A stretch of 63,933 nucleotides of DNA, the filler included, from Blastocystis sp. subtype 4 (taxonomy: Eukaryota), in the NCBI RefSeq assembly GCF_000743755.1. It is 9 parts of 9 records of this genome, joined end to end, with 100 filler letters (N's around TTAATTAATTAA, not from the genome) between each part and the next. Parts side by side here need not be neighbours in the genome. Positions count along the whole stretch, not along the records: positions 1 to 6,825 come from NW_014569100.1; positions 6,926 to 12,784 come from NW_014569099.1; positions 12,885 to 21,654 come from NW_014569098.1; 6 more parts are not named here. One strand, given 5' to 3'. Under the pieces are notes generated by a model. That model had not been told where the DNA came from. It made no database searches and was given only the letters and a program-made list of their open reading frames with translations. Both the position numbers and the translations under genes were made by a program. The stretch's first letter is position 1. The number at the start of each line of letters is the position of its first letter. Positions 1 to 13,200 of the stretch are shown here, piece by piece.

Positions 1-235
1 ACCAGTTCCACTCTTCATCTTCTCAAGTCTGTGCATGAAATACCAGTAACGAGACTTTGCAGTCACAGGATTAGGAGCAAACAGTCTCATTCTGTAAATT
101 TCAGGCTCAGGATCGTTTTCAGTAGGAAGACGACGACCAACAACGTGATAGTAGTGAATCTACAAGGAGTTTAGCAACAAGAATTCTAGATCATAAGTGG
201 ATGGTTCGATCGATTGAAAGCATCCTTACAGGCAT
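1..235 (-). CDS. RPL18A: 60S ribosomal protein L18a (eL20), 5' part, runs off window start
   Basis: ATG CCT at 235, GT-AG intron 160..229, then [53 protein letters not shown]. Confidence 0.93.
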
Positions 236-550
236 TATAATGCTATTTTCCTGTCCTAGGCACGGATATATGAGGAAAACCAAGAAAGAAGGAGGGATCA
301 GGGGGCAAAATAGAAAAAGCAGGTTTCAAATACTTGGATATTGAAATCACACTTATCTTTGAATATCGGTGTTTGATTCAATAGAATGGTTCAAAATGAG
401 GTTTAAAAGCGTTTTATTTACCTCCAGAAGTGTGAGTTGTCAAACACATTGATGTACTGTTTCGATAAATGCTCTCAGAACAGGAACAAAACATTCATAA
501 AGAGGGTTTAGAATTGAACTGATATCATATTCCATAGAATCACTCATATC

Positions 551-3500
551 ATGTTCTCTTCGTATGATGATTTTAGTAAAAGAAAGATTCAAATTGGTGG
601 TGCAATTCAGGTGAATTATTAATCCTCTGGTTACTGATAGATGGGATCTGGAATTCCTAAGTTGAACAGAAGTTTACCGCATTCACTAACGGAACAGATA
701 ATGATTCAAACTAATGTGAATGTAGCTCAAAAAGTGATTCGACGAGTATTAACAGTGAACCAATTTGTGAATGATGGTAGTTATCGTTAAATATCATCAT
801 ATAGAGTGTCTTCGTTTTATTAATATTACGAGGTCTAACCCATCAGATTCTCTGTTGGAGGAACTAGTGAATTTCTTATCCATTTGTTCATTGTTGTTTC
901 GCAGTCTTACAAAATCAACAATCCAAACCTTGAATGAACTGGAGGACATCATTCAGACGCTCTGTCTATCAAAAAATATCGTATTTTCATGTCTCATTTT
1001 CTCATTCCAATAGTCCATTTCACTTTTGAATGAATTGTCCTTACATTCAGCATCAACTGCCTTGTACTTTCAATCAGAGAAACAGATTCTACGGAGCTTT
1101 CTCATCTTTTCACAGATCATTCAGACTGCAAATCAACAGATTTTGCTTCAAATGACTCCCATATTCTCTTCAACCATCTTCTGGAAGTTGCTATTACGTC
1201 TCTGGGGACCTAATGAATCCACTTCGCCTAAGATAGAACTGACAAAGCAATTCTATTCCCTTTTTCTTGATCGACTCACCAAGTACATTCAACTCCTCTC
1301 CTCAGATCAGCAGCAACTTGTTTTGAAGGCAATTCTCCAAGTAAACAATCCTTCTTCTCCATGTCTCTTCATAACAGCACTTCTCATGCGATGGTTTGTT
1401 CTCATAGTTGATTCAAAGGAGATGTCATCTCAGACTCTCCCCTTTGTTCTTGCTGTTTATCGGTCTCTTCCACAATCCCTATTTCGTACAGAGCAACCAG
1501 ACTGCTCAGCCAATCTCTATCTGTCTATTGCTACAGAAGAAGACCCCAATACAGTCCTGAAAGTGTTGACGGATTTATGGGATTCGCAATATCAACAGCT
1601 GACATCATTCGAAGAGAGGCAACCTGTGAAAGAGTCAGATGTTATGATTGAACAGATTCAGCAACGACTTTGTGGGTATATCATGAAGACAGATACTTTA
1701 ATGACAATTATCAAGGTTGTAGATGCAATGAAAGAGGATGAATCTTGTGTGGAGAGTTTTTGTGACTTGTTGAATGAGATGTTATTTCATTGGGGAATAT
1801 CAAGTGTATGAGAAGAAAAAGGGTTTCACTAATAGCTTCCTGTAATCAATACCAGCTTGCATAACCATGGTGTATTGTTTCTTTGTCTCCTTGTCCAATT
1901 CCATCAATCCAAATTTGTTCTATTTTTGATAGGTTTTTTGACAAGTGTAACTCCTTTCAGAATAATTGACCTATAGAGAATTCATGAAGACTATTCTCAG
2001 ATTCGATACAGTTCACTTCTCATTAACATTCTTCTCTTCCTCTTTCACTTCACTACAACAACTATTGAGGAACTGCTTCGGTATATCTCTGCCGAGTCTC
2101 TGAATTGCTTAATGAATTGCATTCTAGAGAATGCTGTTCAGTTACACAGATATCGTCTCTGGGATCAATCAATCTCTGTTGAAACCGAGTCATTTCTACG
2201 TTACACAGCTTATGTTCGTGGTCTCTCTCTTCTTCGCTACTTGAGACCTATCATCACATCCTGCTATCTTGATGAAGTAGGAGACATTCTTTGGTTGCGG
2301 GATACTCCTGATGATGAAATGATTGTGAGAGCTATGGCGTGGTCTCCTTCGCTTGCTTCTCTTCAAAAGCGCATCAGTACATTTCAACAGAGAATCATAT
2401 TCCATGATACTCCGACTGTGGATATGAAGGTTCGTCGAAAACATCTTCTTGAAGATACACAGTCTCAATTCCAACTTCTTCATAACAGTAATCTCTTACA
2501 ACATCGTTTCTTTGTATCCATGGATCCATAGGATGAATCTCTAGGTTCGCTTTTATGATGAAGATGAGAATCCAGAGCCAGGTATTGATGGAGGTGGATT
2601 ATCACGGGAACATATGTATCTTGTTCAACGAGAACTATTTGCTCCTCAGAATGATCTATTTGCTGTATCCCAACAGGGAGAATTGTATCCTGCATATACA
2701 GATCTCACAGAGGATCTAAAGAGGCGATATCGATTCGTAGGACAAGTCTTAGGTCGTTTGTTGGCAACTCAGCAGTTGTGTATTGCAAGATTAGCTCCAT
2801 TCTTCTTGAATATTGTAGGTATGAGAAGGAATAATGAATTCAAGCTATTGAATAAGCCTTATGCATTTGTGGATCTGCGACAGAGAAGTGAACAGCTGTA
2901 TCAATCTCTCGTGTATCTTCGTGATTCGTTAGTAATGTTTGATAGATTGATTCATAGTGCCACTACGGAGGAATTGGCTGAATACACAATGAGTGTGGAA
3001 TATACGAATGGTCCATCTTCAGAGATTCAACGGGTTTGTTTTGTGGAGAATGGGGATATGGTCAGAGTAACCCCCGATAACGTGAATCTGTATATTCAAT
3101 ACCTCACCCAATTCTATCTCTGTGATAGTATTCTCCAGCCTGCTACTTATATTCGTCTGGGAATGCTTGACTTGTTAGGAAAAGCCGATTATTCTCTCTT
3201 TGAAGCGGTTTGAGTGAAATGATCGAATGAAACTTAGAAGGAATTTCAGTGGGTATTGTGTGGAAAGAGAGATGATTTCGATTTTGTAGATATGAAGAAT
3301 CATACGATCATTGATAATCCCATGCACGATGAAGAATATGAAAGCTGCTTTTGGAGTGTCTTGGAGGAATTTTCAGAGGAAGATATGTCAAGATTCCTGG
3401 AATTTGTAACAGGAGTAGGAAGACCTCCAATTAATGGTTTTGCTAATATGAATCCTCCCGTCACTTCTGGTGAATTTACTCACATCTAGTTACTAATTCG

Positions 3501-3660
3501 GTTTTTCCCCTATGCAATGAAGGAGAATGAAACTCTCCCGTTACCTCTATCTCATACATGTAGTAATCAAATTACAATTCCTTATTATCAATCCAAAGAA
3601 GAATTAAAGAAGTATCTGTTGATGAGTATTTATGAAGCTGAGGGTTATGGCTATTCATAA
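551..3660 (+). CDS. HECT E3 ubiquitin ligase, UBE3C/Hul5-like, multi-exon
   Basis: N-terminus MFSSYDDFSKRKIQIGG resembles UBE3C; HECT motifs PGIDGGGLSREH, RFVGQVLG, RFLEFVTG, LPLSHTCSNQITIPYY (catalytic Cys); TAA 3658-3660 followed by TGTTTGTT at 3664. Confidence 0.88.
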
Positions 3661-3690
3661 TTGTGTTTGTTCTCGAACAGACGAAATACA

Positions 3691-3938
3691 CTAACTATTT
3701 TGACTAGAACGAGCATCCTCACGTTGATCACTAACTTTGTCTTCAATTATCTGTTCAATAATAGCATCCGCATTCTATAGAGTTGGTTCATATAATAATA
3801 CTCATACTTTCTTTCTCTCTCGATCGCCACCTGCCATCCAGCCTATCAGGATTCCTGACGCAACTAGAATGTTAGAAATAGTAAATATGAAAAAGTACCG
3901 ATTACTGCACAAGTGTTAGCGAGTTGTGTAGTCTTCAT
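3691..3938 (-). CDS. Three short exons: either a 59-aa single-TM microprotein or the terminal exons of the upstream membrane protein
   Basis: Spliced MKTTQLANTCAVIVASGILIGWMAGGDRERKKNADAIIEQIIEDKVSDQREDARSSQNS* using two GT-AG introns; an alternative 38-nt intron would fuse it to the upstream gene. Confidence 0.5.
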
Positions 3939-5479
3939 TAACAAACAAATGAATAGAATTCTATAAACCGTGCACAAAAAAATGCAAGTAGAAAAACTGA
4001 AACCACGATACAACTGTTCAGATAAAAAGGATGTCTAAAAGTAAGAAGGAACATAGGATTTTACGGAGGATGTGTATAGCAGTAAAAATACCCCACAGTA
4101 ATTAGAATAGATACTAAAAATCGCAGAAGTGTCATCCAATTGAACTTACGCAGTAGAATGACTATCTGATATCCAGCAGTGATGAGTCCACAAGGAATAT
4201 GAATATATCTCACGAGAAGACCTGTCAACCACTTCATCACAGTAGCCGAGTTGTAGAAGATAAACCACACTACAAGCAGTTTTACAATGAGTTGAAGAAA
4301 CGATTTCCTAAAAGAAGCAAAGGAAGTAAACGAAGATGAAGACCAGAACTCCCAAAATCCACTCTCGTTGAGCCAGTCTCTAATAGAAGAAACAGCATCC
4401 CATGCCCAATTGTACAATTTAGAGCAAATGCCATTCAATGAATCCCAAAAAATGGAAAGCGATGATCTAATCTCAAAGTACATAAGAACAATAAATATGA
4501 TCGCACAAATCCAACGTAGTTGCCACAATGTGGATTTCCGTCTCTTTCCCATCACCAATTCAGTCATGTACTGTTCAGACTTCTTAGCAGCCTATATCTT
4601 ATTTCATGCTTCAAATCAAACGTGATCGGCGTTCTTTGCAATTTCATCACACCTCCTATTAGTTTCCTCGATTGATTCTCTTAGAGAAAGATGAGCTGAT
4701 TGAATCGAATCCCTGATTTCCTGGTTCTGGTAATCCAGAACAATACTCCACTGCTTCGTAGCAACCGTCATGCACATCACCAGTTCTCGAATAGTCAGAT
4801 GCCTATCTGGATTCATATTCACATGTTCAATAAGCTCTTGAAGAGATAATATATATGGATTCACCAAAGATGCAATTACTTCCTCATTAGCATCACTGAT
4901 CATAGGAGGCTCCGGTCTATTTCTAGAGATCTTCTGAATATTGAGATTCATAAAGTCAACCAAGGACCTAATGTCCAATATATACTGATTCATGAATAGA
5001 AGTCCCTTGATCGAGTCTATGAGAGAATCGATTTCAGTTGGATCCGTCTCCTTGATCAGAACTCCCAGTTCCAGACACATCATCCTTCGAAACGAAGTGC
5101 TGTACTTAATCAACAATCTGTTGAAAAAGGGGTATTGAAACAGTTGTTTCCATGACACTAAATGGGTTGTAAGGGTGCCCAACTCCTTATTCAACGAAAT
5201 CAGGTATTTCGAAGAACAATTCAATTCATTGGTCCATGGGAAACGGTTCTTATTATCATAGGCATCCAAAAATTATACGATCTTCTTAGAGAGAGAAACA
5301 AATGCAGTAACAAGAGAAATGATAAGAACAAGTGAGCAAATAAAAGCAGGGAAAAGGAGTAAATAGAGAATAACGGCAAAGAGAGGATGTTGGACTTGAT
5401 GAACTACCCATCACTAAATAAAAGATAACCCACTTGCATCGCTTGGACATATCCCATTCATCACATTGACTTGTTTCAT
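3938..5479 (-). CDS. Hypothetical multi-pass membrane protein
   Basis: ORFs 4616..5269 and 4061..4567 join in frame via 30-nt GT-AG introns; hydrophobic segments at the N-terminus and in the C-terminal third; no recognised family. Confidence 0.65.
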
Positions 5480-5775
5480 TTGCGGGTATACACAAATCGT
5501 ACTATCCTGTTTCGATTGTACCCTTTCCTGATGATTTATTGGGACCCGAGGAATGGGAAACGACGGAATTATAGTTGCTGCTAGCTAGATGATGAAATGC
5601 ATTCAACTCTTCCTACGGAGCAAGTCAGCAAGATAAACAATACAATAATCAATCGACTACCCATAAATGATTGGAATATGAAACAATTTCAGCACCGAAA
5701 CTACTTCCTTTGTTATTATAACCCCAAAACTTTAGTTACCTTTCTTTCCAATTCATTCGCCCTAAAGAACTAGAA

Positions 5776-6623
5776 ATGTCTGAAGGTGGTTTGTGTCTTC
5801 CTCTTTTGATTTTATAGTGCCTGTTGAAGTTCCTACTGAAGCTCCTGCTGAAGTTCCTGCTCAGACCCCTGCTGAGGCTCCTGCTCAGGAAACTCGTCGT
5901 CCTCGTGGTCGTGGTCGCGATCAGCGCCGTCCCCGCCGTGGAGGTGATGAGGCTAAGGAATGGGTGCCTGTGACCAAGATTGGTCGTCTGGTGAAGGCCG
6001 GAAAGATCACCTCGATTGAGGAGATCTATCTGTTCTCTCTTCCCATCAAGGAACCTGAGATTGTGGACAAGCTGCTTCCCGATCTGAAGGAGGAGGTTAT
6101 GCAAGTGTTCCCTGTGCAGAAGCAGACTACTGCCGGTCAGAGAACCCGTTTCAAGGCTTTCGTGGCTGTTGGTGATTGTAATGGTCATGTGGGTCTGGGT
6201 TCTAAGTGTGCTAAGGAAGTTGCTGGAGCTATCAAGGGAGCTATTCTGGTTGCTAAGATGTCGATCATTCCTGTGCGTCGTGGTTACTGGGGTGACAACG
6301 TGGGTTCTGTCCACACTGTGCCTGTGAAGGTGACTGGAAAGTGCGGATCTGTCCGTGTGCGTCTGATTCCTGCTCCTCGTGGAACTGGAATTGTCGCTTC
6401 TCCTGTGATGAAGAAGCTGCTGACTCTGGCTGGAATTGATGATGTGTACACCAGCTCTCGTGGTCACACTCGTACTCTGGGTAACTCGATCAAGGCTACC
6501 ATTGCTGCTCTTCGTAAGACCTATTCTTACTTCACTCCTGATTTCTGGCACAATGAGTGTGATGAGATGATTCCTTATCAGAAGTATACTGACTTCCTGA
6601 GCAAGGGAGCTAAGGCTTATTAA
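5776..6623 (+). CDS. RPS2: 40S ribosomal protein S2 (uS5)
   Basis: ATG TCT GAA G plus short intron; [47 protein letters not shown]. Confidence 0.97.
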
Positions 6624-6726
6624 GCTTTCTGTCGTGTTAAGGAAAGTGTGGGCGACACTACGGTGCGTGTGTGCCGACCTTAATGCATTCTGTTTCTTAC
6701 AAACATATAAATATCACAATAACCCA

Positions 6727-6825
6727 TTAGTTCTTCTTCTTATCCTTCGGCAAGAAGTCAGACTTCTCCACAGACTTGGTATTCTTCACGGGCTTCTTGG
6801 AAGCAGAGCAATAGTTGAACAGGAA
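6727..6825 (-). CDS. C-terminal fragment of an unidentified protein ending KDKKKN (KKxx-type ER signal)
   Basis: FLFNYCSASKKPVKNTKSVEKSDFLPKDKKKN*; cut by contig end. Confidence 0.45.
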   Translation of the reverse strand, partial: FLFNYCSASKKPVKNTKSVEKSDFLPKDKKKN

Positions 6826-6925
6826 NNNNNNNNNNNNNNNNNNNNNNNNNNNNNNNNNNNNNNNNNNNNTTAATTAATTAANNNNNNNNNNNNNNNNNNN
6901 NNNNNNNNNNNNNNNNNNNNNNNNN
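6826..6925. other. Artificial contig spacer N44-TTAATTAATTAA-N44
   Basis: Identical 100-nt spacer occurs 8 times; the 12-mer gives stops in all six frames. Confidence 0.98.
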
Positions 6926-7268
6926 TTTCACTCTACAATACCTGCATCACCGATGTATTGTCATTTAAGTAGACTGTGCTAATTGCCATTGTTGGAACTT
7001 CAGCAATGAGGACCCGACGAATAGAATTCGCAATAGATGCATCCACTCCCACCAATTCAAAAACAACTTGCTCATCAGACTAGATATGAATCAAAAACAC
7101 GAATACACCATTCCTACATGAGAAAGAATGTTAATCTTCACGTTATCCTCCAAATTATCCAGGTAGTGCTCAACTGCATTACTTGTTTCAACCACCTAGT
7201 GTGAGATCGATCAACCAATATGTTACATCCTTAATTCCTGTGAATCCAACCGCAGCCAAAGGTTTCAT
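6926..7268 (-). CDS. POLR1C: RNA polymerase I/III subunit AC40 (RPAC1), 5' part
   Basis: Spliced SDEQVVFELVGVDASIANSIRRVLIAEVPTMAISTVYLNDNTSVMQ; cut by contig end. Confidence 0.9.
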
Positions 7269-7402
7269 TTCGTATATGGGAGGTTATTTGAGGAGATAGA
7301 GACAATTGAAAGAGATGGAGAAATTCAAGTTTCTTTTGGTCATTCAAATAGTTTGTAGTATTTGTTGTCTTTCATTTTTGGATTAACTGGCTTTATACCT
7401 AA

Positions 7403-10400
7403 ATGGATTCATCATGGAGACCTATTGTTGAAAGAGGCACATTTTTTAACATATTTCTCGATGATGAGTCTTTGAAACTAACTGTGGTATGTCGACCTCA
7501 TCAATTGTTTTATTCTGATAATCATATGAATGGTAATAGAATGTATAGTTTTTATTTCAGTGATACTTAGTAGTGCCATGACCATGGAGATCTCACAGAA
7601 TTGCAGTGCTGTGGATCACCTGAGTAAGATAAATGTTGGTGATATGTTGTTGGCAGTGAATGGGACCTCGTTTTGTTCGTTTTCAGAATCATTCGCAGTA
7701 CCTCAATGGGTTCATGCTTACAAGAATATCGGTATGCCACGTCTGATATGTTTCTTTCGTCCTTCTGCTAACGGAGAGTTCTCATTCATTCCATCCAATG
7801 TAATTATATGCTTGCAAGTGATAAGGTAGTGTGTATTTGGAAGTCCATTTGTTCATCAAGGTTGTATCTATGGTTTGTCCAAACGAGAAGATCTCCAATA
7901 CTTGACACAACTTCATATCCTAGTGAAAGAGAGTAAGAGATAGATTGATGTATTGAGAGTAGCAATTCAAGGCAATTCCTTTCCAGATCATCTAACAATT
8001 GTCACTTCAGCCAAAACATCTTCCATGAATATGAACATGTCTATTGACTCTATCAAGGAGAGAGCTATGATCGCTTCCATGAATAATATGGTTCGAGAAT
8101 TTGGAGCACAGCTGATAGGACTGTTGAAGCAGTATAATATGATTCTGGAAGAAATGATTAAGCTACGTGTGTTCACAGACAATGCAATCACTCTATTGAA
8201 AGAGCAGATGGATAAAACTCGATTTGAATTGAAGAATGATCCATGTGTTGGTTATGATAGTCTGAATACTATAAGTCAGCATTTAACTAGATCTGGTGAA
8301 AAGTATTCTGTTCGTCTCAATGAACGAATCAGCCATGAGATATCTAATGGAATGTCAAAAGAGAGTTTGATAACTGTGCTTTATACACGCGATGAATTGG
8401 CTATCGTCCTTCAGCATACACGCCAATTGAATAGTGTACTATTGACACTTCAAAAGTTGAATGAGACAGTCAAACACTGGATTAGTCAGTCTTTGACTTC
8501 TTCCTTGCAGACAGCTCGGATTCAAGTTGGATCACACACATCTGGTACTCCCTCGCAATCAGTTGCTGTTACCACTATGCCATCTACTAGTGCTTCACAA
8601 CCGTTAGTGAGTCCTGAAATCTCATCTCTTCATCCTATTCCCTTCTCTAATCAACTGATAGCATGTCAAACCTCTCAGTTGCAAGAGTCAGTTAAATCCA
8701 CTTCAGTGTCTTCTCAATCAAAGTCTCGATTTGAACCACTGTTGAAACCCAAAGCGTTACAAAAGAGTCAGATCGATTATTTCGGAAAAGGACTCATATT
8801 TGATGCTGACTATAATATCAATGAATCATTTCCAAGCAGATATTCGTTCACACTTCCAACTAACATAGATGATTTCTCTCCAGTTACTGTTAGTCATCCA
8901 CATTTCATTACACCTCCAATTGTTGGGATGAAACCATTTGATATATGTGATGATACTGATGTGCTTACTCCTAATATCAAGACTCCAGATATGAGCACCT
9001 TTGATGTTCTTAATGATCTTGAATTGGATATGGATGATTGTGTTTGTGAAGATGGCAATGAAGCTGATCATAATCAAAATGAATTGAATGGATGCGAAGT
9101 TACACTTGAACTTAAGGAATTAGAAGGAGAAGATTTGCTACCACTCCCACTTGGCTGTATTTGTTTCTATTGGATTCAACAATAGACTTGCGACCTCTTC
9201 AATTAGGAGAGAAATACGTCCCATTTCATATCCAGAGGTTCTTCCAATTAACATCACATGCAATGATTCCTCTCTTATGTGATAAGGTGTTACAGGAGAG
9301 AAATGATTATTCGCATCATTTAACACCTGATCAAAGAGAATCCTTGTGTCTGATCTTCCAACAGTTTACTGCTGGTGGAAGATCATCTCATAGAGGTGTG
9401 ATATTGGCTGATAACCCAGCAGAAGGGAAATATGAATTGATTGCTCTTACAGTGATTGAGAATTGGTTAAGGTAGATAAGAGGAATGTTTATGATTTGAA
9501 GAGGAATTCACAAAGCAGTGATTCTTAGTGATGATAGATCATTGAAACCAAGAATCGAACGTATTTTTGGTTTGTTTGAATTACAAGGAATAATTGTAAA
9601 ATCAGAATTCTCTCTGAATGATAGATAATTGATTGTAATGGCATATTTCATACTTCATTATTGGAAAGACAGTAGAGATAGGTGATTTTATTGAGAATAG
9701 ATTGGAACAGAGTACTGATGGAGTTGTGATTCTTTCATATGATGCACTCTTTCAGAATAGTGATGAAAAGTGATTAGTATGCTGAATCTAATTCATAATT
9801 AGACTTTGTATTGATTGTCTTATCCCATGGTGTGGAGCTGATTTCCATGGTGTTCTTGTATTGGATGAATTCTCACAATCATTGTCTCATGATCAGAATA
9901 TCAAACCAATTATCCAACTTCAATCGATTCTCTCTCATGCTAATGTTCTGTATGCTTCATCATCCCAGTTCTCGTATTTGGATCTTCAGTATATGATTCG
10001 ACTTCCACTCTATGGATCAGGCATGGGGTACAAACATTATGATGACCTTAAAACGAATTTGAGGACTGAATTCTCACCACTATGGAATGTCTTACTCTGG
10101 CAACTAATCGAATCTGGAAATTACATTCATCATCCTTTGTCATTCATGAATCTTCCCGTGTTTATCAATCATGTGAAGATTCCTAGTACTGTTGATGCAT
10201 TGTACGTGTATTCTGTGATTCTGAGAGATAGATACATTGCTGCTAAACGAGTCTGGGACAAGATTTTGACAACTCTTAAAGATGTCATAATTATTATGAG
10301 TCACTATACATGTAATGATGAACATCTATCTCGTTCTTATACAGATGAGGAATTAATGAATATGAAAGGGGTAAGATTCTTATAAGGAGGATCTAATTAG

Positions 10401-12658
10401 TAGCAAATCCCCAAAGAGTTGATATGGCGATATGTCTGGCTTCATTACAATCTATTCTGGTGGACAATGACAGTGACTGCCAAAGTATTCCAGAAATATG
10501 ACCTAAATTGTAGATTCCAGAAGTATTAGCAAAAGCAAAACAGTCTCTCCAGAGTCATCATCGCTTCATCATCATTTTAGACTCCATGCATGCAGGTGAA
10601 ATGGACTCAATGCAGGATATGCATGTGACTTATTCACAACCTCCTATCTTTGAACGAGACTTACTGACCCCATCATCTTATAAGCAGAATCAAAGTAGAA
10701 TTGATACTAGTCTTGAAACTAGATTGCAAGTTCCTTGAACAATACTTAGCTGAACCTCGTTATCTTCTTTATCATTTGGTTGATCATTGTATTCCAGAGG
10801 TGACAAGTGACTGGGTGCTGTGTAAAGAGTCTCAGAAGAAAATCATTGACTTTACAGCGACAAAGGAATCCTGGTTGTTGTTACCTGATTCTGTTCATGT
10901 GACTCCTACTGTAGAACGTGTAGTCCAACAACATCAGTGTTATTTGAGAGAATGGAAGCAATTTCTCAAACAAATCATTCACGATATTCATTTACCAGTG
11001 ACTCCAATTGATGTTATAGTCAACCAATTGGGAGGCTATCAATGTGTGGCTGAAATTTCAGAACGGTTTAATTGTGTCTATCGACATGAGCCTAACCAGC
11101 AAGATGAGTCTGTGAACAGTCTATCAGACTTTGTTACTCCACAGAAAGTCTACACTAAGGAAGATTACTTGAAGAACTCCTATTATTATTATCATAACCG
11201 CGGTTCTTCTATAGAGTCTCTTCAAACCACAAATTCTATTGAATGGAGTTCATTTCTCGAAGGGAAGAAACGAGTTCTTTTTCTATCTGAACAAGCTGGA
11301 TTTGGCACGTATCTTTCGTCATATGGTGATATTTCTTGGGTTGATTCGCCTGATAAGAGTGATATCGATGTGGTATATTTGTCAATTCCTTCTGATCCTT
11401 GTCGAATCCTGAACCGAATGCAAGGATTCTTTGCTCGAAGTGATATTCACGGAACAGTTACTTTTCTGACCACTGAACCATCACAACGTGTGCTTGCTCG
11501 TTCAGCTGTGCGTCTTCTTGAGACTCATGGTGCCTTGTATCGGTATGCCTCTTCCAAAACTCAACATCCATGGTTCATGGTTCGTGATGTTAACTCACCA
11601 GAAGGCCATTATGCTTGGTTGAAGTGTATGACACTAATCACCCAACAGACTTCACCAACAACCACTCCTTCATGTCGCATCTTTGATGAGCTAATTCTAC
11701 CAGGAATATACTTACAGCCTTTCCTTGTTGTCTCTTCAGAAAAATCTCTCTATGGTCACTATCTTAGTTCTTCTGCCCCAAATCGTCTCTTTCTCATGAA
11801 TCAGTGTCTCCGTATTCTGGGATTTACATCTTTGAATGATACTCTGAACATCCCTTCAGTACTGGAACGCTTAATTGGAATGGATTTTGTTATGCAGAAA
11901 ATGATTGTTGGCTACTATTATGAGATTCTGGATCATGTTTTGGATCATTTGCATTACCGCGGGAGTAATCGGTCAGTGATGTCTATTATAAAAAGTGGGT
12001 ATATTAAAATAGGTTCATTTTGTAGTAAATAGAAGACGAGAAGAACAAGAGTTTGGTACTTTCGGAGATGGAAACAAGATGACTGTACATCTGTTTAGCA
12101 TCGAACATAGTATCTCATTTATGGAACTAAAGAAATATTGTGATCAATACAAGGATGCTGTTATGAAGAAATTCTACACAAATGCAGATAACGAGGTTAT
12201 TTTTGCCATTTCAGATTTTGATGTTTCTACAATTCCCTGGATTCGATTGTTTTCTCCTATTTATGGTGAACATCCTACAGAATATCGATTACCTGATCTT
12301 TTGAGGAAGTATAAGCGTGTTAGTGATGAACGAGCAAAAAGTCTCTGGTGCAAGGCATTAAGGTTACAGAGACGAGACGAATACGTATGGAAGAAGGAGA
12401 ATGAGATATATGTGATCTCTGGTAATTTTGTCCGATATTTGAAGGTAATATTGGAAAACAGTAATTATGGTGATTCTGTTCATTTGTGTGAAGTTCGATT
12501 TAGTAATGAATCTTTGATTGGTTTGCGTGTATCAAGTTGAAATGAGATGGAGAGAATTACATGTAGGAAGAGTTGTGGATGTACTTCGAAATCTGATTGT
12601 AAAGAGGATAAGGAATAAATCTCAATATTCAAAGGAATCGAAGAAGGTGAAGTTATGA
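7403..12658 (+). CDS. Strawberry notch (SBNO)-like protein with degenerate helicase motifs and a possible N-terminal PDZ-like segment
   Basis: WCGADFHGVLVLDEFS, PIDVIVNQLGGYQCVAEISER and FLEGKKRVLFLSEQAGFG match SBNO blocks; INVGDMLLAVNG is PDZ-like; TGA 12656-12658, TGTTTGTT at 12690. Confidence 0.78.
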
Positions 12659-12784
12659 TTGTACTCTACAAGTTTGTCGCACTTGTGTGTGTTTGTTTGA
12701 AAGATGGTGGATTGATTTCATAAGATGAAATAGAAATAAGTGTATTATTCTATGAAGTTGAAAGTCTCATATCTCTCATTGAAA

Positions 12785-12884
12785 NNNNNNNNNNNNNNNN
12801 NNNNNNNNNNNNNNNNNNNNNNNNNNNNTTAATTAATTAANNNNNNNNNNNNNNNNNNNNNNNNNNNNNNNNNNNNNNNNNNNN
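12785..12884. other. Artificial contig spacer
   Basis: N44-TTAATTAATTAA-N44. Confidence 0.98.
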
Positions 12885-12956
12885 ACCAAGACTACTAATC
12901 GTGATTCCCTTGCCCAGACCACTCAGAACTCCACCAGTAACAATGAGATACTTCAT
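12885..12956 (-). CDS. CTPS: CTP synthase, N-terminal fragment
   Basis: [24 protein letters not shown]. Confidence 0.92.
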
Positions 12957-13152
12957 TTCTTGTTGAGTTAAAGATTGTTTGCCTACTTATTCGTGGCAAA
13001 AAGGAACCAATAAAGATACCACAAATCCAGATAAATGATCCCTAATTAGCGAGGAAAGATGGTCAGAATTGGGTCTATTTCATTTCTATGAACGATCATT
13101 CTTTGTTTCTTCAGTTTTCTAGGGTAACTTTCCCACTTCTAGATTTGTATTC

Positions 13153-13200
13153 ATGTAAATGATTGTAGACAGTGTTATGTAAATGATTGTAGACAGTGTT
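13153..13200 (+). repeat. Perfect 24-bp tandem duplication (ATGTAAATGATTGTAGACAGTGTT x2)
   Basis: Read directly: 13153..13176 equals 13177..13200. Confidence 0.95.

Noticed and set aside
2514..2544. HECT-gene intron starting GTATCCAT as a GT-AG U12 intron
   Set aside because: No TCCTTAAC-like branch site, and 31 nt is typical of major introns here
771..3660. Fragmented ORFs suggesting an alternative genetic code or pseudogenes
   Set aside because: Breaks are explained by about 30-nt GT-AG introns under the standard code
5612..5624. CCTACGGAGCAAG identical to part of the tRNA-Arg(ACG) anticodon arm
   Set aside because: Only 13 nt with no cloverleaf, A box or B box around it; likely chance
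5821..5890. Short tandem repeats at the RPS2 5' end (EVPAE/EAPAQ)
   Set aside because: Ordinary low-complexity N-terminal extension of uS5
5736..6551. 271-aa minus-strand ORF
   Set aside because: Antisense shadow of the codon-biased RPS2 gene
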